Source: a virus
Lineage: Duplodnaviria; Caudoviricetes
DNA length: 26,486 bases
IMG/VR virus record: IMGVR_UViG_3300006033_000100
Location: 1-26,486 of that record
Direction: 5' to 3' (one strand)
Shown here: in pieces, positions 17,063 to 24,903 of the stretch
Layout of the letters: every line of letters begins with the position of its first letter
Numbering within the stretch: the first letter of the stretch is position 1
Notes under the pieces: model-generated
The model's input: the letters and a program-made list of their open reading frames with translations, nothing else
Database searches by the model: none
What the model was told of the DNA's origin: nothing
Program-made: the position numbers and the translations under genes

Positions 17063-17342
17063 TGCTGGCCTCCTTGGGGTTCATGGTTTCGCGGATTGCT
17101 GCATCGATGGTCGCCAGCGCGTGCGGCGAACGAAGCGGTTCAGGTTGACCGCTATCGACCATGTGCAGCAGGTCGAACCCCAGGCTTCGACGTCCCTCGA
17201 AATGGCCGAGGTCACGCCCTGTTTGCCCATTGGCAGGAGCGTAATGGCCGAGGATGCCAGCGCTTTGAATCGCTGCAAACAGGAAGCGTAGAAACTCAGG
17301 GCGAGACAGGAGAAATTCAGCGTCTTTGGGATCGAGGTTCAC
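16983..17342 (-). CDS. Bbp19-like small head protein
   Basis: FLRFL...FEGRRSLG motif; GTGA overlap with the portal stop; 3' end overlaps the scaffold gene by 80 nt. Confidence 0.7.
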   Translation of the reverse strand: MNLDPKDAEFLLSRPEFLRFLFAAIQSAGILGHYAPANGQTGRDLGHFEGRRSLGFDLLHMVDSGQPEPLRSPHALATIDAAIRETMNPKEASNGRRNRNRDTDRYNDIAGSDDGDSDA

Positions 17343-19024
17343 GCGGGCATCATCCGGTTGAGAAGGCTTTCACCGCCGCCAACATCGGTTTCAGACAGCA
17401 GGCGCGCCGCATCGGCACCCTGTTGCATCGCAGGAGCCATTGCCGCCATCTGTGCAGCCTGTTCCTGTTGCTGGCGTTGCGCGCGGATCGCAGCCACCTC
17501 CTTGTCACTGCGGATCAGTTTGGCAGGCGCACCAGCGCGATAGCCGTATTCATCCACGGCTTCGTCAAAGTTGATCTTGTCCAGAGCCGCAGGATTGACC
17601 GCTGCCATGTTGCCGACGAACCCGACGACACGTTCAATCTGGCCAATGCCAACCATGCGTTGCATCTGCGTCAGGATCGACACAAACTCGACATTCATTG
17701 GTGCGCCAGACAGCGCTTCAGGCACAGGTGGAAGCATCTGCCCGCGCGACATAATGCCGAACACGCGATCAATCGCCGGTTCCAACTTTTCATTGGCCAC
17801 ACGCTCAATCACCGGGCCAAGCTGCGTCAGCTTTTCCTCGTTCCGGGAAGCAATCTCTTCCATGTTGCGGGGTTGAATGCCCTGCATATTCGTGATGGCG
17901 TTGAACAGGTCAGCGAATGACAGCGCGTCAATCTGCTGGTGGCACTTGATGATTTCCTCACCAATCGCGTTCACCGCCTGATAGGGGATTTGATACGGGA
18001 TGATGATTTGCGTGGCATCCACACCGGATGCAGTGACGTTGCGACCCGGTTCACCAGTCAGACGCACACCGGGCGGAAGGATTTTCTCAGGCTTGACCAT
18101 CGCATCGATGGCTTCATTGCGGCGCTTGGCCTGCATTTGCAGCTCACGCAACGCTGGCAGGCTTTCCATACCCGGCGACACGCCATAGGTATCACCGCCG
18201 ACCACATCCCAACGCGGTGCCCAAAACGGCTGTTCCTCATAGCCAGACACACGCAGGACCGAGCGTTCGCTGTCCTGATCGTCCCAATAGACCGAGCGCC
18301 ACGGCTTGGACCCGAACTTCATCGGATCATGGTCATTGTTCGGCTCTACAGCGTGGTAGAACTCAACAGGCTTGTCATAGTCCGATGTGTCGTAAAGGCT
18401 GCGGATGCGTTGAGCCACGCGATTGCCGAACGTATCGACCGCCTGTTTCACCGTCATCGGGCAGAAGCGATAAAGCGCCTCAGGCACCATCGCTGTAGAC
18501 ATGGCGATCCAGTATTCACCGGCGGTCAGGGCATGGCACACGGCACCAGCGGTTTGATGCTCCACCATGACGCAGGCTTCAGTGCCGAACAGCCCTTCCT
18601 CAGCATATCCAGCCTTCACCGCGCCGTAGAAGTTTGTCCCCGCAATAAAGGCATACATGCGCCGCTCGACTTCGGAGAGCCATTCGCGGACGCCTTCCCC
18701 CTCGTTCAGAGCATCATCGGCCAGCTTGAGCGTGAACCAAGGCCGTGATGCACTCGACAGGCCCGACGTCATGCCATTGGCCAGCGTGCGGAAGGCCTCA
18801 ATGCCGTGCGGATCAAACAGCGCCTTGTTGCGCGTGCGGCGAAGCGACCCGTTCTTGTCCTTTTGCGTGGTCAGGAAGCGTGAACGAGCAGGCTGCGCAA
18901 AGCGGGCGATATCCCGCCATTCATCCTCATAGTCCTTGCGAAGGTTGCGCATCTCGACAAGCCGCAGCTTGCAGTGCTTGCGGAGGTCCGCGTCCTTGCC
19001 GGTAATGTTAGGAGCGTCAGCCAA
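17339..19024 (-). CDS. Portal (head-tail connector) protein
   Basis: LANGMTSGLSSASRPWF, PRWDVVGGDTYGVSPG, EEIASRNEEKLTQLGPVIER. Start inferred at TTG 19024, overlapping the upstream small gene's stop (the track extends to 19078). Confidence 0.92.
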   Translation of the reverse strand: MADAPNITGKDADLRKHCKLRLVEMRNLRKDYEDEWRDIARFAQPARSRFLTTQKDKNGSLRRTRNKALFDPHGIEAFRTLANGMTSGLSSASRPWFTLKLADDALNEGEGVREWLSEVERRMYAFIAGTNFYGAVKAGYAEEGLFGTEACVMVEHQTAGAVCHALTAGEYWIAMSTAMVPEALYRFCPMTVKQAVDTFGNRVAQRIRSLYDTSDYDKPVEFYHAVEPNNDHDPMKFGSKPWRSVYWDDQDSERSVLRVSGYEEQPFWAPRWDVVGGDTYGVSPGMESLPALRELQMQAKRRNEAIDAMVKPEKILPPGVRLTGEPGRNVTASGVDATQIIIPYQIPYQAVNAIGEEIIKCHQQIDALSFADLFNAITNMQGIQPRNMEEIASRNEEKLTQLGPVIERVANEKLEPAIDRVFGIMSRGQMLPPVPEALSGAPMNVEFVSILTQMQRMVGIGQIERVVGFVGNMAAVNPAALDKINFDEAVDEYGYRAGAPAKLIRSDKEVAAIRAQRQQQEQAAQMAAMAPAMQQGADAARLLSETDVGGGESLLNRMMPA

Positions 19025-19199
19025 GGGTGGGCTTGCTGACAGTGGGCGAACCGAGCGCGCCTTGTGCCGACGTGACAAGGCCAGCCATCAGCATACGGCG
19101 GCGCTTTGTGTCGTTCATGGCACCAGCAGGAGCGCCAGCATCCGGAAGCTTTACCGCCTGCCGATCAGGGACGGACGGGATGTCAGGTGCGCCGCAGAT
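19017..19199 (-). CDS. Small virion protein (T7 gp6.7/7.3 position), apparent ATC start; not in the ORF track
   Basis: AGGAGG-5nt-ATC TGC GGC GCA CCT gives (M)CGAPDIPSVPDRQAVKLPDAGAPAGAMNDTKRRRMLMAGLVTSAQGALGSPTVSKPTLG*, 60 aa. There is an in-frame TAG at 19209-19211 upstream. Confidence 0.7.
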   Translation of the reverse strand: MCGAPDIPSVPDRQAVKLPDAGAPAGAMNDTKRRRMLMAGLVTSAQGALGSPTVSKPTLG

Positions 19200-19230
19200 G
19201 ATTGCCTCCTATCGAAACGACAGGAAGGCG

Positions 19231-19262
19231 GTTTAAGCGGCGCTAGGGCTTGGTTGAATCGC
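19231..19262 (-). promoter_or_regulatory. Putative late promoter, copy upstream of the head block (GCGATTCAA-N16-CTTAAAC)
   Basis: Same bipartite motif and spacing; overlaps the 3' end of the 75-aa ORF. Confidence 0.65.
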
Positions 19263-19470
19263 TAGGAATAAGTGCTTTAGCCTTATCGAAGGCTTCACCG
19301 AATGACCAACTGCTTTCAGCCGATGCAACACCTACACCGTCAGGGTCGGTTGTGCGAAAGCAGCAATAGAACTTCCCATCACTATGCCTTGGCCCGGTCA
19401 GCGTCATAAGCATCCAGCCATCAGGGATATAGCGGAAGTCAATTTCATCCGGCAGAAACGAAGTCATCAC
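19243..19470 (-). CDS. Hypothetical protein (moron-like)
   Basis: 75 aa; GAGG SD; GTGA overlap with the upstream ORF stop. Confidence 0.6.
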   Translation of the reverse strand: MMTSFLPDEIDFRYIPDGWMLMTLTGPRHSDGKFYCCFRTTDPDGVGVASAESSWSFGEAFDKAKALIPSDSTKP

Positions 19471-19640
19471 AGTTCCTCATATCGATCACGACGCACCTCA
19501 GGCGGCGCTACAGGCGGAAATGGCTTAGAGTCTACAGCATACCGTTCCATCAGTGCAGGAGAGTTGCGCCTGATCCAGTGGCGATCATGGCCGAGCGCGA
19601 CAAGGCCACGGCAGTAGACTTCAAAATCTGCGTCAATCAT
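19467..19640 (-). CDS. Hypothetical 57-aa protein; not in the ORF track
   Basis: MIDADFEVYCRGLVALGHDRHWIRRNSPALMERYAVDSKPFPPVAPPEVRRDRYEEL*. It overlaps both neighbours and fills the gap exactly. Confidence 0.6.
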   Translation of the reverse strand: MIDADFEVYCRGLVALGHDRHWIRRNSPALMERYAVDSKPFPPVAPPEVRRDRYEEL

Positions 19641-19914
19641 CTAACGCGACCTTTGCAAATGCCATAAGCTTCCCAAGAGTAGGTGCGGCTATGGAATAGG
19701 AACCTATTGGCGTGTCAGGATACCACTGCAACTCCCATATCTCATTGCTTGAGATGCTTTCCTCGCGGTCTGTGTCGCATTGAAATGAGAAGTCGCGGTC
19801 CGACAAATATTGTTCAACCGTCTCATAATAGGCAAGATGCTGGTTGTGAGTAAGATGCAGGCTCGCCTTGTGGGTGGGCAGCAGGGCAGTAAATTCTTCA
19901 ATCGAGTTCGCCAT
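19633..19914 (-). CDS. Hypothetical protein (moron-like)
   Basis: 93 aa, includes IWELQWYPDTPIGSY; overlaps the terL 3' end; visibly more AT-rich than terL. Confidence 0.7.
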   Translation of the reverse strand: MANSIEEFTALLPTHKASLHLTHNQHLAYYETVEQYLSDRDFSFQCDTDREESISSNEIWELQWYPDTPIGSYSIAAPTLGKLMAFAKVALDD

Positions 19915-21487
19915 ATCGGTCCCCGCTATACATCGCTGCGTCGATAGCTTCCAGAATGGTTTCGTGCTTGAGCGTCACAATGTTCGCCATGCAGCAAGCG
20001 TCACCATCATCCGGCGACCGGCCAAGCAGTTTCTTTTGCGCGTCCTTTGGCATGATGAAAATTCCGCCTGGACGAAGTTCCCAACGATAACTTGCCAGAT
20101 CAGCGCGAAGCATTGGATCAGGTGGCAGTGCAGTAGGTGTGGCGTTTTGCGGATCAAGCGCCTCCCGCATTCGCCATATCACCTCAGCCCGCAGGTTGAA
20201 GAACGACAACTTGCCGTCAACCGTCCTACCTTTTGATCCATTGGCAAAGTTGATGGGAACCGTCTGGACTTCATTGGCAGTGAGAAAGTTCACGCATGAC
20301 AAACCCCAGCCCACGACGTCAGCATGAACAGGCGCACGATCCTTGCGGTGCGAAATGACATGGCCCGCCGCGATAGGACCGGCGCGCTCTTGCGGGATTT
20401 GATTGCCGGGAACACGGACGGGCCGGTCAAACCATGTGCCATGCCGGTTGTAGATGACGAGGTTGTCGCGGCCACCGGCTGCAACGTCCACACCCATGCT
20501 ATCCATCACGCCTTTGACTTCGCGCTCTTTCCAGCGGTTCATGGCCGCATCGATCCACGACGACGGGATGACCTGCCACGGATCATCTTCCACACCCGCG
20601 TTGAAGTCGCCTTCCAGCATTTGTGAGCGCAGCGGCTCAGGCAGGGATTGCAACGTCTGGATATAGCCCGAACGCACATAGAAATAGTTATCAGTGACGC
20701 GCGATGGGACGAACGTGCGCGAGCGTGGCGCAATCACCTTTTCAGGTGAAAACTCATTCGGATCGAAGTCATACAGCGGTTCACCTTGGAACAGCACGAA
20801 TGGCCTTTCATCAGCGCATTCCATGTCCTGCCCCTTGATCGTGGTGAACCAGCGCAGTTCCCCCGGCTTGGCAGGATTGGGATGGTTCGGATCAAGCCAC
20901 GGCGCAAAGTATGATATCACCCAGCGCCCCTCAGTGGTTGTGGGCGGGTTGAAGGTCATGAGAACCCGGCAGCGCTGGTGGGGATCATTTGAGCGCGTCC
21001 AGCCCATTGTGAAGCGGACTTGCGCCTCTCGCTGTTCGGTCACTTCGTCATAGGCTTTCAGGTCGTGCGGACGCCCCTGCCATTTCTGATGATCAGTCGG
21101 ATTATCCAGACCGGCAAACTCAATCAGCCTGTTGTCCATCCGCCATGCCGACTTTTGGCTGTTGTAACCATTGGTTGTGCCGAGGATTTCAGTGAGCCGC
21201 TGAATTATGCCTTCAGTCTGTGTCTTTTCGCGCCGGAAGATTGCCGTGCGTTGGTGTTCAGTCAGTGCCAACCCCGCAATCAGGTCAGATTTACCGCCAC
21301 CAGCAGCGCCGCCATAGCCCGTGATGAATGCCACGCTGTCCGCAGCTTCGGATTGCCGACCAACTTGAGCGCGCCAAATGTGTTGCGCCAGATCATTATC
21401 CAGCAGTTGCCGGATTTCCTCGCGCTCCTCAGGCGTGGCAATATCCCACAGCGCGTCAATGTATGCCGGATCAATCAGCGACATCAT
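19898..21487 (-). CDS. terL: Terminase large subunit
   Basis: Walker A YGGAAGGGKS, Walker B KAYDEVT, motif III MTFNPP, nuclease GVDVAAGGRD and C-terminal GRSPDDGDA. Confidence 0.95.
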   Translation of the reverse strand: MMSLIDPAYIDALWDIATPEEREEIRQLLDNDLAQHIWRAQVGRQSEAADSVAFITGYGGAAGGGKSDLIAGLALTEHQRTAIFRREKTQTEGIIQRLTEILGTTNGYNSQKSAWRMDNRLIEFAGLDNPTDHQKWQGRPHDLKAYDEVTEQREAQVRFTMGWTRSNDPHQRCRVLMTFNPPTTTEGRWVISYFAPWLDPNHPNPAKPGELRWFTTIKGQDMECADERPFVLFQGEPLYDFDPNEFSPEKVIAPRSRTFVPSRVTDNYFYVRSGYIQTLQSLPEPLRSQMLEGDFNAGVEDDPWQVIPSSWIDAAMNRWKEREVKGVMDSMGVDVAAGGRDNLVIYNRHGTWFDRPVRVPGNQIPQERAGPIAAGHVISHRKDRAPVHADVVGWGLSCVNFLTANEVQTVPINFANGSKGRTVDGKLSFFNLRAEVIWRMREALDPQNATPTALPPDPMLRADLASYRWELRPGGIFIMPKDAQKKLLGRSPDDGDACCMANIVTLKHETILEAIDAAMYSGDRYGELD

Positions 21488-21899
21488 CGGCCTTGCGTTG
21501 CTCTATCTGCGAAAAGATCGCGGCCAGACGGGTTGAGCGCCCCACTTCGTCCAATTGCAGTTTTTCGCCGTCGGCATCGGCCAGTTTCAGTGTAGCAGCA
21601 TCGCCGTATTTCTTGGGCTGCCGCTTTGCCAGCAGCCACTTGCGCGCATCGATCCTGACTTTCTTGTCCTGCGGGTCCTTACCTTCCTCATCGGCAATTT
21701 CGTGGATATCCTCAGCCATCGCGTCATTGCCAGCTTCGCGCGCACGCGCGTAATGCTCCGACCATTCCTTGTCCTGCGAACACCACAACAGCACGGTAGA
21801 AACGGCAGGCATGTTTGGCTCTTTGCATATCGTGCGAAGCGACCTGCCTTCAGAAAGCCCCTCTAGGATGGCAATGCGCTGCGCTTCCTTATCCATCAT
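21471..21899 (-). CDS. terS: Terminase small subunit (Sf6-type)
   Basis: LSEGRSLRTICK..MPAVSTVLLW...YARARE...RIDARKWLLAKRQPKKYGD; GGAGG SD; overlaps terL. Confidence 0.9.
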   Translation of the reverse strand: MMDKEAQRIAILEGLSEGRSLRTICKEPNMPAVSTVLLWCSQDKEWSEHYARAREAGNDAMAEDIHEIADEEGKDPQDKKVRIDARKWLLAKRQPKKYGDAATLKLADADGEKLQLDEVGRSTRLAAIFSQIEQRKADDVAD

Positions 21900-22012
21900 A
21901 GCCTCCCCATTCGCTCATTTACCCAATCCTCAAACGCTGCAATCAACCGACGCATGTAGGATTGAACACGTTCACCATCTATCGGTTCAGGAGCATTGAA
22001 GCGTTCAGCCAT
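21896..22012 (-). CDS. Hypothetical 38-aa protein; not in the ORF track
   Basis: MAERFNAPEPIDGERVQSYMRRLIAAFEDWVNERMGRL*. TGATG overlap upstream and ATGA overlap with terS. Confidence 0.55.
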   Translation of the reverse strand: MAERFNAPEPIDGERVQSYMRRLIAAFEDWVNERMGRL

Positions 22013-22353
22013 CACAGTCGTCCCTTATACGGCTTGCGGTCAGTAGCCACCACTCGCCTTGCCCCACGCGGCACATGCAACCGCTCGACATGCATCGAAG
22101 GATGGCGCGCAGTCCACTTCTCGGTCGCCACGATTTGCACACGCCTGAACCGCTGATAGCGAACGACGCGGATAAAGCCCTTTTGCTCAAGGCGCTTGAC
22201 CACATCGACCGAGGAGGACGCGCTTTCATACCCCACGATCTCATTCAGATCGAGGTAGTTCGGGCACACCTGATCGTTCTCAGCAGCGTCCACAAGAGCC
22301 TCGTAAATCACGCGCTCCTTGAGTGTCAGCCGATCATCCAACATTGCGTTCAT
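22012..22353 (-). CDS. LexA-N-like winged-helix DNA-binding protein
   Basis: LTLKERVIYEAL...CPNYLDLNEIVGYESASSSVDVVKRLEQKGFIR resembles the LexA DNA-binding domain. No peptidase domain follows. Confidence 0.7.
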   Translation of the reverse strand: MNAMLDDRLTLKERVIYEALVDAAENDQVCPNYLDLNEIVGYESASSSVDVVKRLEQKGFIRVVRYQRFRRVQIVATEKWTARHPSMHVERLHVPRGARRVVATDRKPYKGRL

Positions 22354-22574
22354 AGCTTGCCCCCTCTGATTGCGTCACGCGCCACAGCCTCAAACGAAGC
22401 GTATGGCCCGACCCAGACTTCGCCCAATCCGACCCTTCCGAATGCATCTGGCAAAAGTGTGCCGGTGTAAAAATCCTTCACGCCGTGCAGAAAATCGTAG
22501 GCGTGATAGAACCATCCTCGGCTGTTCAAGCGGACGCGTGGCTTGCCAGCCTTACGTGGTCGTCCCTTCATCAC
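22350..22574 (-). CDS. Hypothetical protein
   Basis: 74 aa; ATGA overlaps on both sides. Confidence 0.55.
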   Translation of the reverse strand: MMKGRPRKAGKPRVRLNSRGWFYHAYDFLHGVKDFYTGTLLPDAFGRVGLGEVWVGPYASFEAVARDAIRGGKL

Positions 22575-22801
22575 AGTTCCTCCCTAAACGCGCCACTTGC
22601 CTCAACATCCCCAACAATCACCCCCGCCAGCCCATCAGGCACCTTCCCGCGATACTCCGGCCAACGTGTGCGCATCTCGGCGCGGGTGTGGGTCAGGGCG
22701 TCTTGCCAGAACGCTGCGAGGGGTTCCGGTGCGCAGTCGAAAGCGGGGCCGGTGTAGTGGGTTGTTGGGCACAGCCAGCTTGCGAGGTGCGCGCTGATCA
22801 T
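22571..22801 (-). CDS. Hypothetical protein
   Basis: 76 aa; ATGA overlaps on both sides. Confidence 0.55.
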   Translation of the reverse strand: MISAHLASWLCPTTHYTGPAFDCAPEPLAAFWQDALTHTRAEMRTRWPEYRGKVPDGLAGVIVGDVEASGAFREEL

Positions 22802-23256
22802 CGCCTTGTACCTTTCACGCCATCGTAGTGCTGCCGATACAACCCTTTTTTCTCACCCATTTTAGGCGTGACAATGTTGTGCCACTTCACGTGGCATGGG
22901 CGGCAAAGGTAACCAACCGGCCACTTTGTGCACTCAGGCCCAAACAGATGGGCCGGTGCCCAGTGGTGGACTTCGATGTTCTTTGTCGCGCCACATACTT
23001 CACACGGCTTGCCATGCTTTTCGCGGGGCATGATGGCTTCACCTCGCATGCCCCGACGCTCGGTTGCAGTGTAAACCCGTTCAGGCTCACCCCACTTTTC
23101 ACGGTGTTCCTCCACCTCAGCCTTGCTGGCCTGCTGCGTTGTGACACAATCGCATTCTCCGCAGAAATACGGGTAGATAACACGACCATCCTGCCTCATG
23201 GCCTGGCCAACGACCATAATGACACTGCCGCAGCTAGGGCATTTTCCCGGCTTCAT
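22798..23256 (-). CDS. HNH-like endonuclease with an N-terminal zinc ribbon
   Basis: CPSC...CGEC, then CEVCG...IEVHH...LCRPCHVKWH; GGAGG SD; ATGA overlap with the helicase stop. Confidence 0.7.
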   Translation of the reverse strand: MKPGKCPSCGSVIMVVGQAMRQDGRVIYPYFCGECDCVTTQQASKAEVEEHREKWGEPERVYTATERRGMRGEAIMPREKHGKPCEVCGATKNIEVHHWAPAHLFGPECTKWPVGYLCRPCHVKWHNIVTPKMGEKKGLYRQHYDGVKGTRR

Positions 23257-24710
23257 CGCGTCACCTCCACAAGTTCATCAAACGGCTTCACGCGGTCAAT
23301 TAGCCGGAACGTGCTGTTGCGGAAATCATAGGTCACATCGACCTGATCGCGCCGCCCCGGCAAGCCCATACGAACCTTGCTCACCATGATCTTGGCAAGG
23401 TTGTCGTTGAACTTTGGCCGGTGATAGGTCAGCCCGTAATCCGCCTTGTTCGCCCAGTTTGCGGAGCCAGAAATGTCGTAGAGCGCGGGGATTTTCTTGG
23501 TCCCTTCGTGCGGCTTGGTCGGATGGGCGACGATCCAGAACGCCACGTCATGCTGCTTGGCAAAGCGCTTGCAGGCACGGATTGCCCGCCCGATGTAATC
23601 CGTCTCGCTCTCGTCCGAACGCCGCTTGTGTTCAAGTTCGTTCCACGGATCGAGAACGATCATCTTGGCCCCGTCGCGCCGCACAGCCAGCGCGCAAAGG
23701 TCAAGGAACCGCTCAACGTCAAGCTCCATATCCTCCTCAACCGACTGGCTGATGATCGACAGCCGTTTTTCGAGAATGTCGTCAACGTCGCTGCAATCCA
23801 GCGTGGTCAGGTCATGCTTGGAGCACTGCATCATCGCCATGCGCAGACCGTCACGCAGGATCGGCTTAACGTCGGTCTCGAACGATGCGACACAGACGGG
23901 GAAGTGGTTCATCAGCGTGTAACCGATAATCGCGTTCATCAGCGTGGACTTGCCCATGTTGGCATAGCCGGTCACGACAGTCAGCGTCCCCGGCACGATT
24001 GCAAGCAGATCGCTGATAGGCTCAACCCCAACGCTGTAGGCCCGCACTTCGCCGCGTTCAGGGAAATCGGAAAGCTTGTAGAGGCCCTGCACCGGATAGG
24101 GCTTGGCCGTGCTGATGCAGTCAACGACACGCTCCGGCCCATACTCGACAAGAACCTCATTCAGATCCTTGCAGGGGAACGGATATTCAATGAACCGGCA
24201 ACGATCAGCGCCAAGCAGCCCGACCAGATCGGCCGCAAGATTGTAGCCCGCCTGATCAGCGTCCGCCGCGATGATGAACTCCCGAACCTGCCGCAACGCG
24301 TCGAGGTGCCGGTCCACCCAAGCATACCGCGATGCCGTCGCGAGGTCCGCAGTCTCGGTTGCCGGTGCCCCGTTCGGCACTGACACGGCGTACTGAAACC
24401 CCGACTGGATCGCTGCCAGCGCATCCCATTCGCCCTCCGTAATCACCAGCGGCGCTTGCCCGCCTCGGACCTTGGGATCGTTCAGGCAATCCGCGTTCCA
24501 CAGCCCGAGCGGTGCGCCGCTGTCCATCCGGTGCATCTTCTCGGACGTGCGCCGATACTTGTGGTTGATGACCTGCCCGTTCTCCAGATACGGGACGGCG
24601 AGCCAGTAGCCGCCGTTGTCCTTCGTCGTCAGCAGCCCGAACTTCTCGGCCAGGTCCGCGCTGATCCCGCGCGCTTCGACCCATTGCTTGTGCTTCTCGT
24701 GCATCGGCAT
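23253..24710 (-). CDS. TOPRIM primase / SF4 (DnaB, T7 gp4, Twinkle-like) helicase lacking the zinc-binding domain
   Basis: ITEGEWDALA, SVPNGA, IIAADADQAG, KDLNEVL; Walker A GYANMGKST, IVLDPW, VAHPTK, YDISGSANWANKADYG. Start set at ATG 24710, behind GGAGG (24716-24720). Confidence 0.92.
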   Translation of the reverse strand: MPMHEKHKQWVEARGISADLAEKFGLLTTKDNGGYWLAVPYLENGQVINHKYRRTSEKMHRMDSGAPLGLWNADCLNDPKVRGGQAPLVITEGEWDALAAIQSGFQYAVSVPNGAPATETADLATASRYAWVDRHLDALRQVREFIIAADADQAGYNLAADLVGLLGADRCRFIEYPFPCKDLNEVLVEYGPERVVDCISTAKPYPVQGLYKLSDFPERGEVRAYSVGVEPISDLLAIVPGTLTVVTGYANMGKSTLMNAIIGYTLMNHFPVCVASFETDVKPILRDGLRMAMMQCSKHDLTTLDCSDVDDILEKRLSIISQSVEEDMELDVERFLDLCALAVRRDGAKMIVLDPWNELEHKRRSDESETDYIGRAIRACKRFAKQHDVAFWIVAHPTKPHEGTKKIPALYDISGSANWANKADYGLTYHRPKFNDNLAKIMVSKVRMGLPGRRDQVDVTYDFRNSTFRLIDRVKPFDELVEVTR

Positions 24711-24903
24711 TGACGCCTCCAGTGAATTGGCAATTGTGGCAAAACCAGACTGCGCCGCCGTCCTTGAAGGTGACCGACAGGCATGGATCTTTCTTGTGTT
24801 TTCGGCCGGCAGAGCATGAAGGGCAAAGCGTCTTGCGGTTGCCGTCTCGGTAGGATTTAACCACGATCCCGAGCCGCCGCAGTTCATCGGACAGGTTCAG
24901 CAT
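24256..24903 (-). CDS. Primase zinc-binding domain ORF (first ~64 aa meaningful; the remainder overlaps the primase gene out of frame)
   Basis: MLNLSDELRRLGIVVKSYRDGNRKTLCPSC...KKDPCLSV...AVWFCHNCQFTG is a gp4/Twinkle-type Cys4 ribbon. Its ATG overlaps the initiator gene stop. Confidence 0.7.
   Translation of the reverse strand: MLNLSDELRRLGIVVKSYRDGNRKTLCPSCSAGRKHKKDPCLSVTFKDGGAVWFCHNCQFTGGVNADAREAQAMGRSARDQRGPGREVRAADDEGQRRLLARRPVSGERAGHQPQVSAHVREDAPDGQRRTARAVERGLPERSQGPRRASAAGDYGGRMGCAGSDPVGVSVRRVSAERGTGNRDCGPRDGIAVCLGGPAPRRVAAGSGVHHRGGR

Noticed and set aside
17242-17273. Fifth GCGATTCAA, inside the Bbp19-like gene
   Set aside because: No CnTAnnC at the conserved spacing (the nearest TA is 3 nt further), and it lies in coding sequence (AIQ). 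It cannot be fully excluded as a binding site.
16445-17920. 491-aa plus-strand ORF
   Set aside because: It is in the same codon register as portal and scaffold on the opposite strand and has no recognisable motifs; a typical antisense shadow in GC-rich DNA.
19025-19078. Portal N-terminal extension MSRRHKARS...
   Set aside because: It overlaps the small Met-Cys gene in another frame; the coupled TTG at 19024 is more plausible.
24711-24887. 59-aa N-terminal extension of the primase-helicase given in the ORF track
   Set aside because: It is the off-frame reading of the zinc-domain region; the GGAGG points to ATG 24710.
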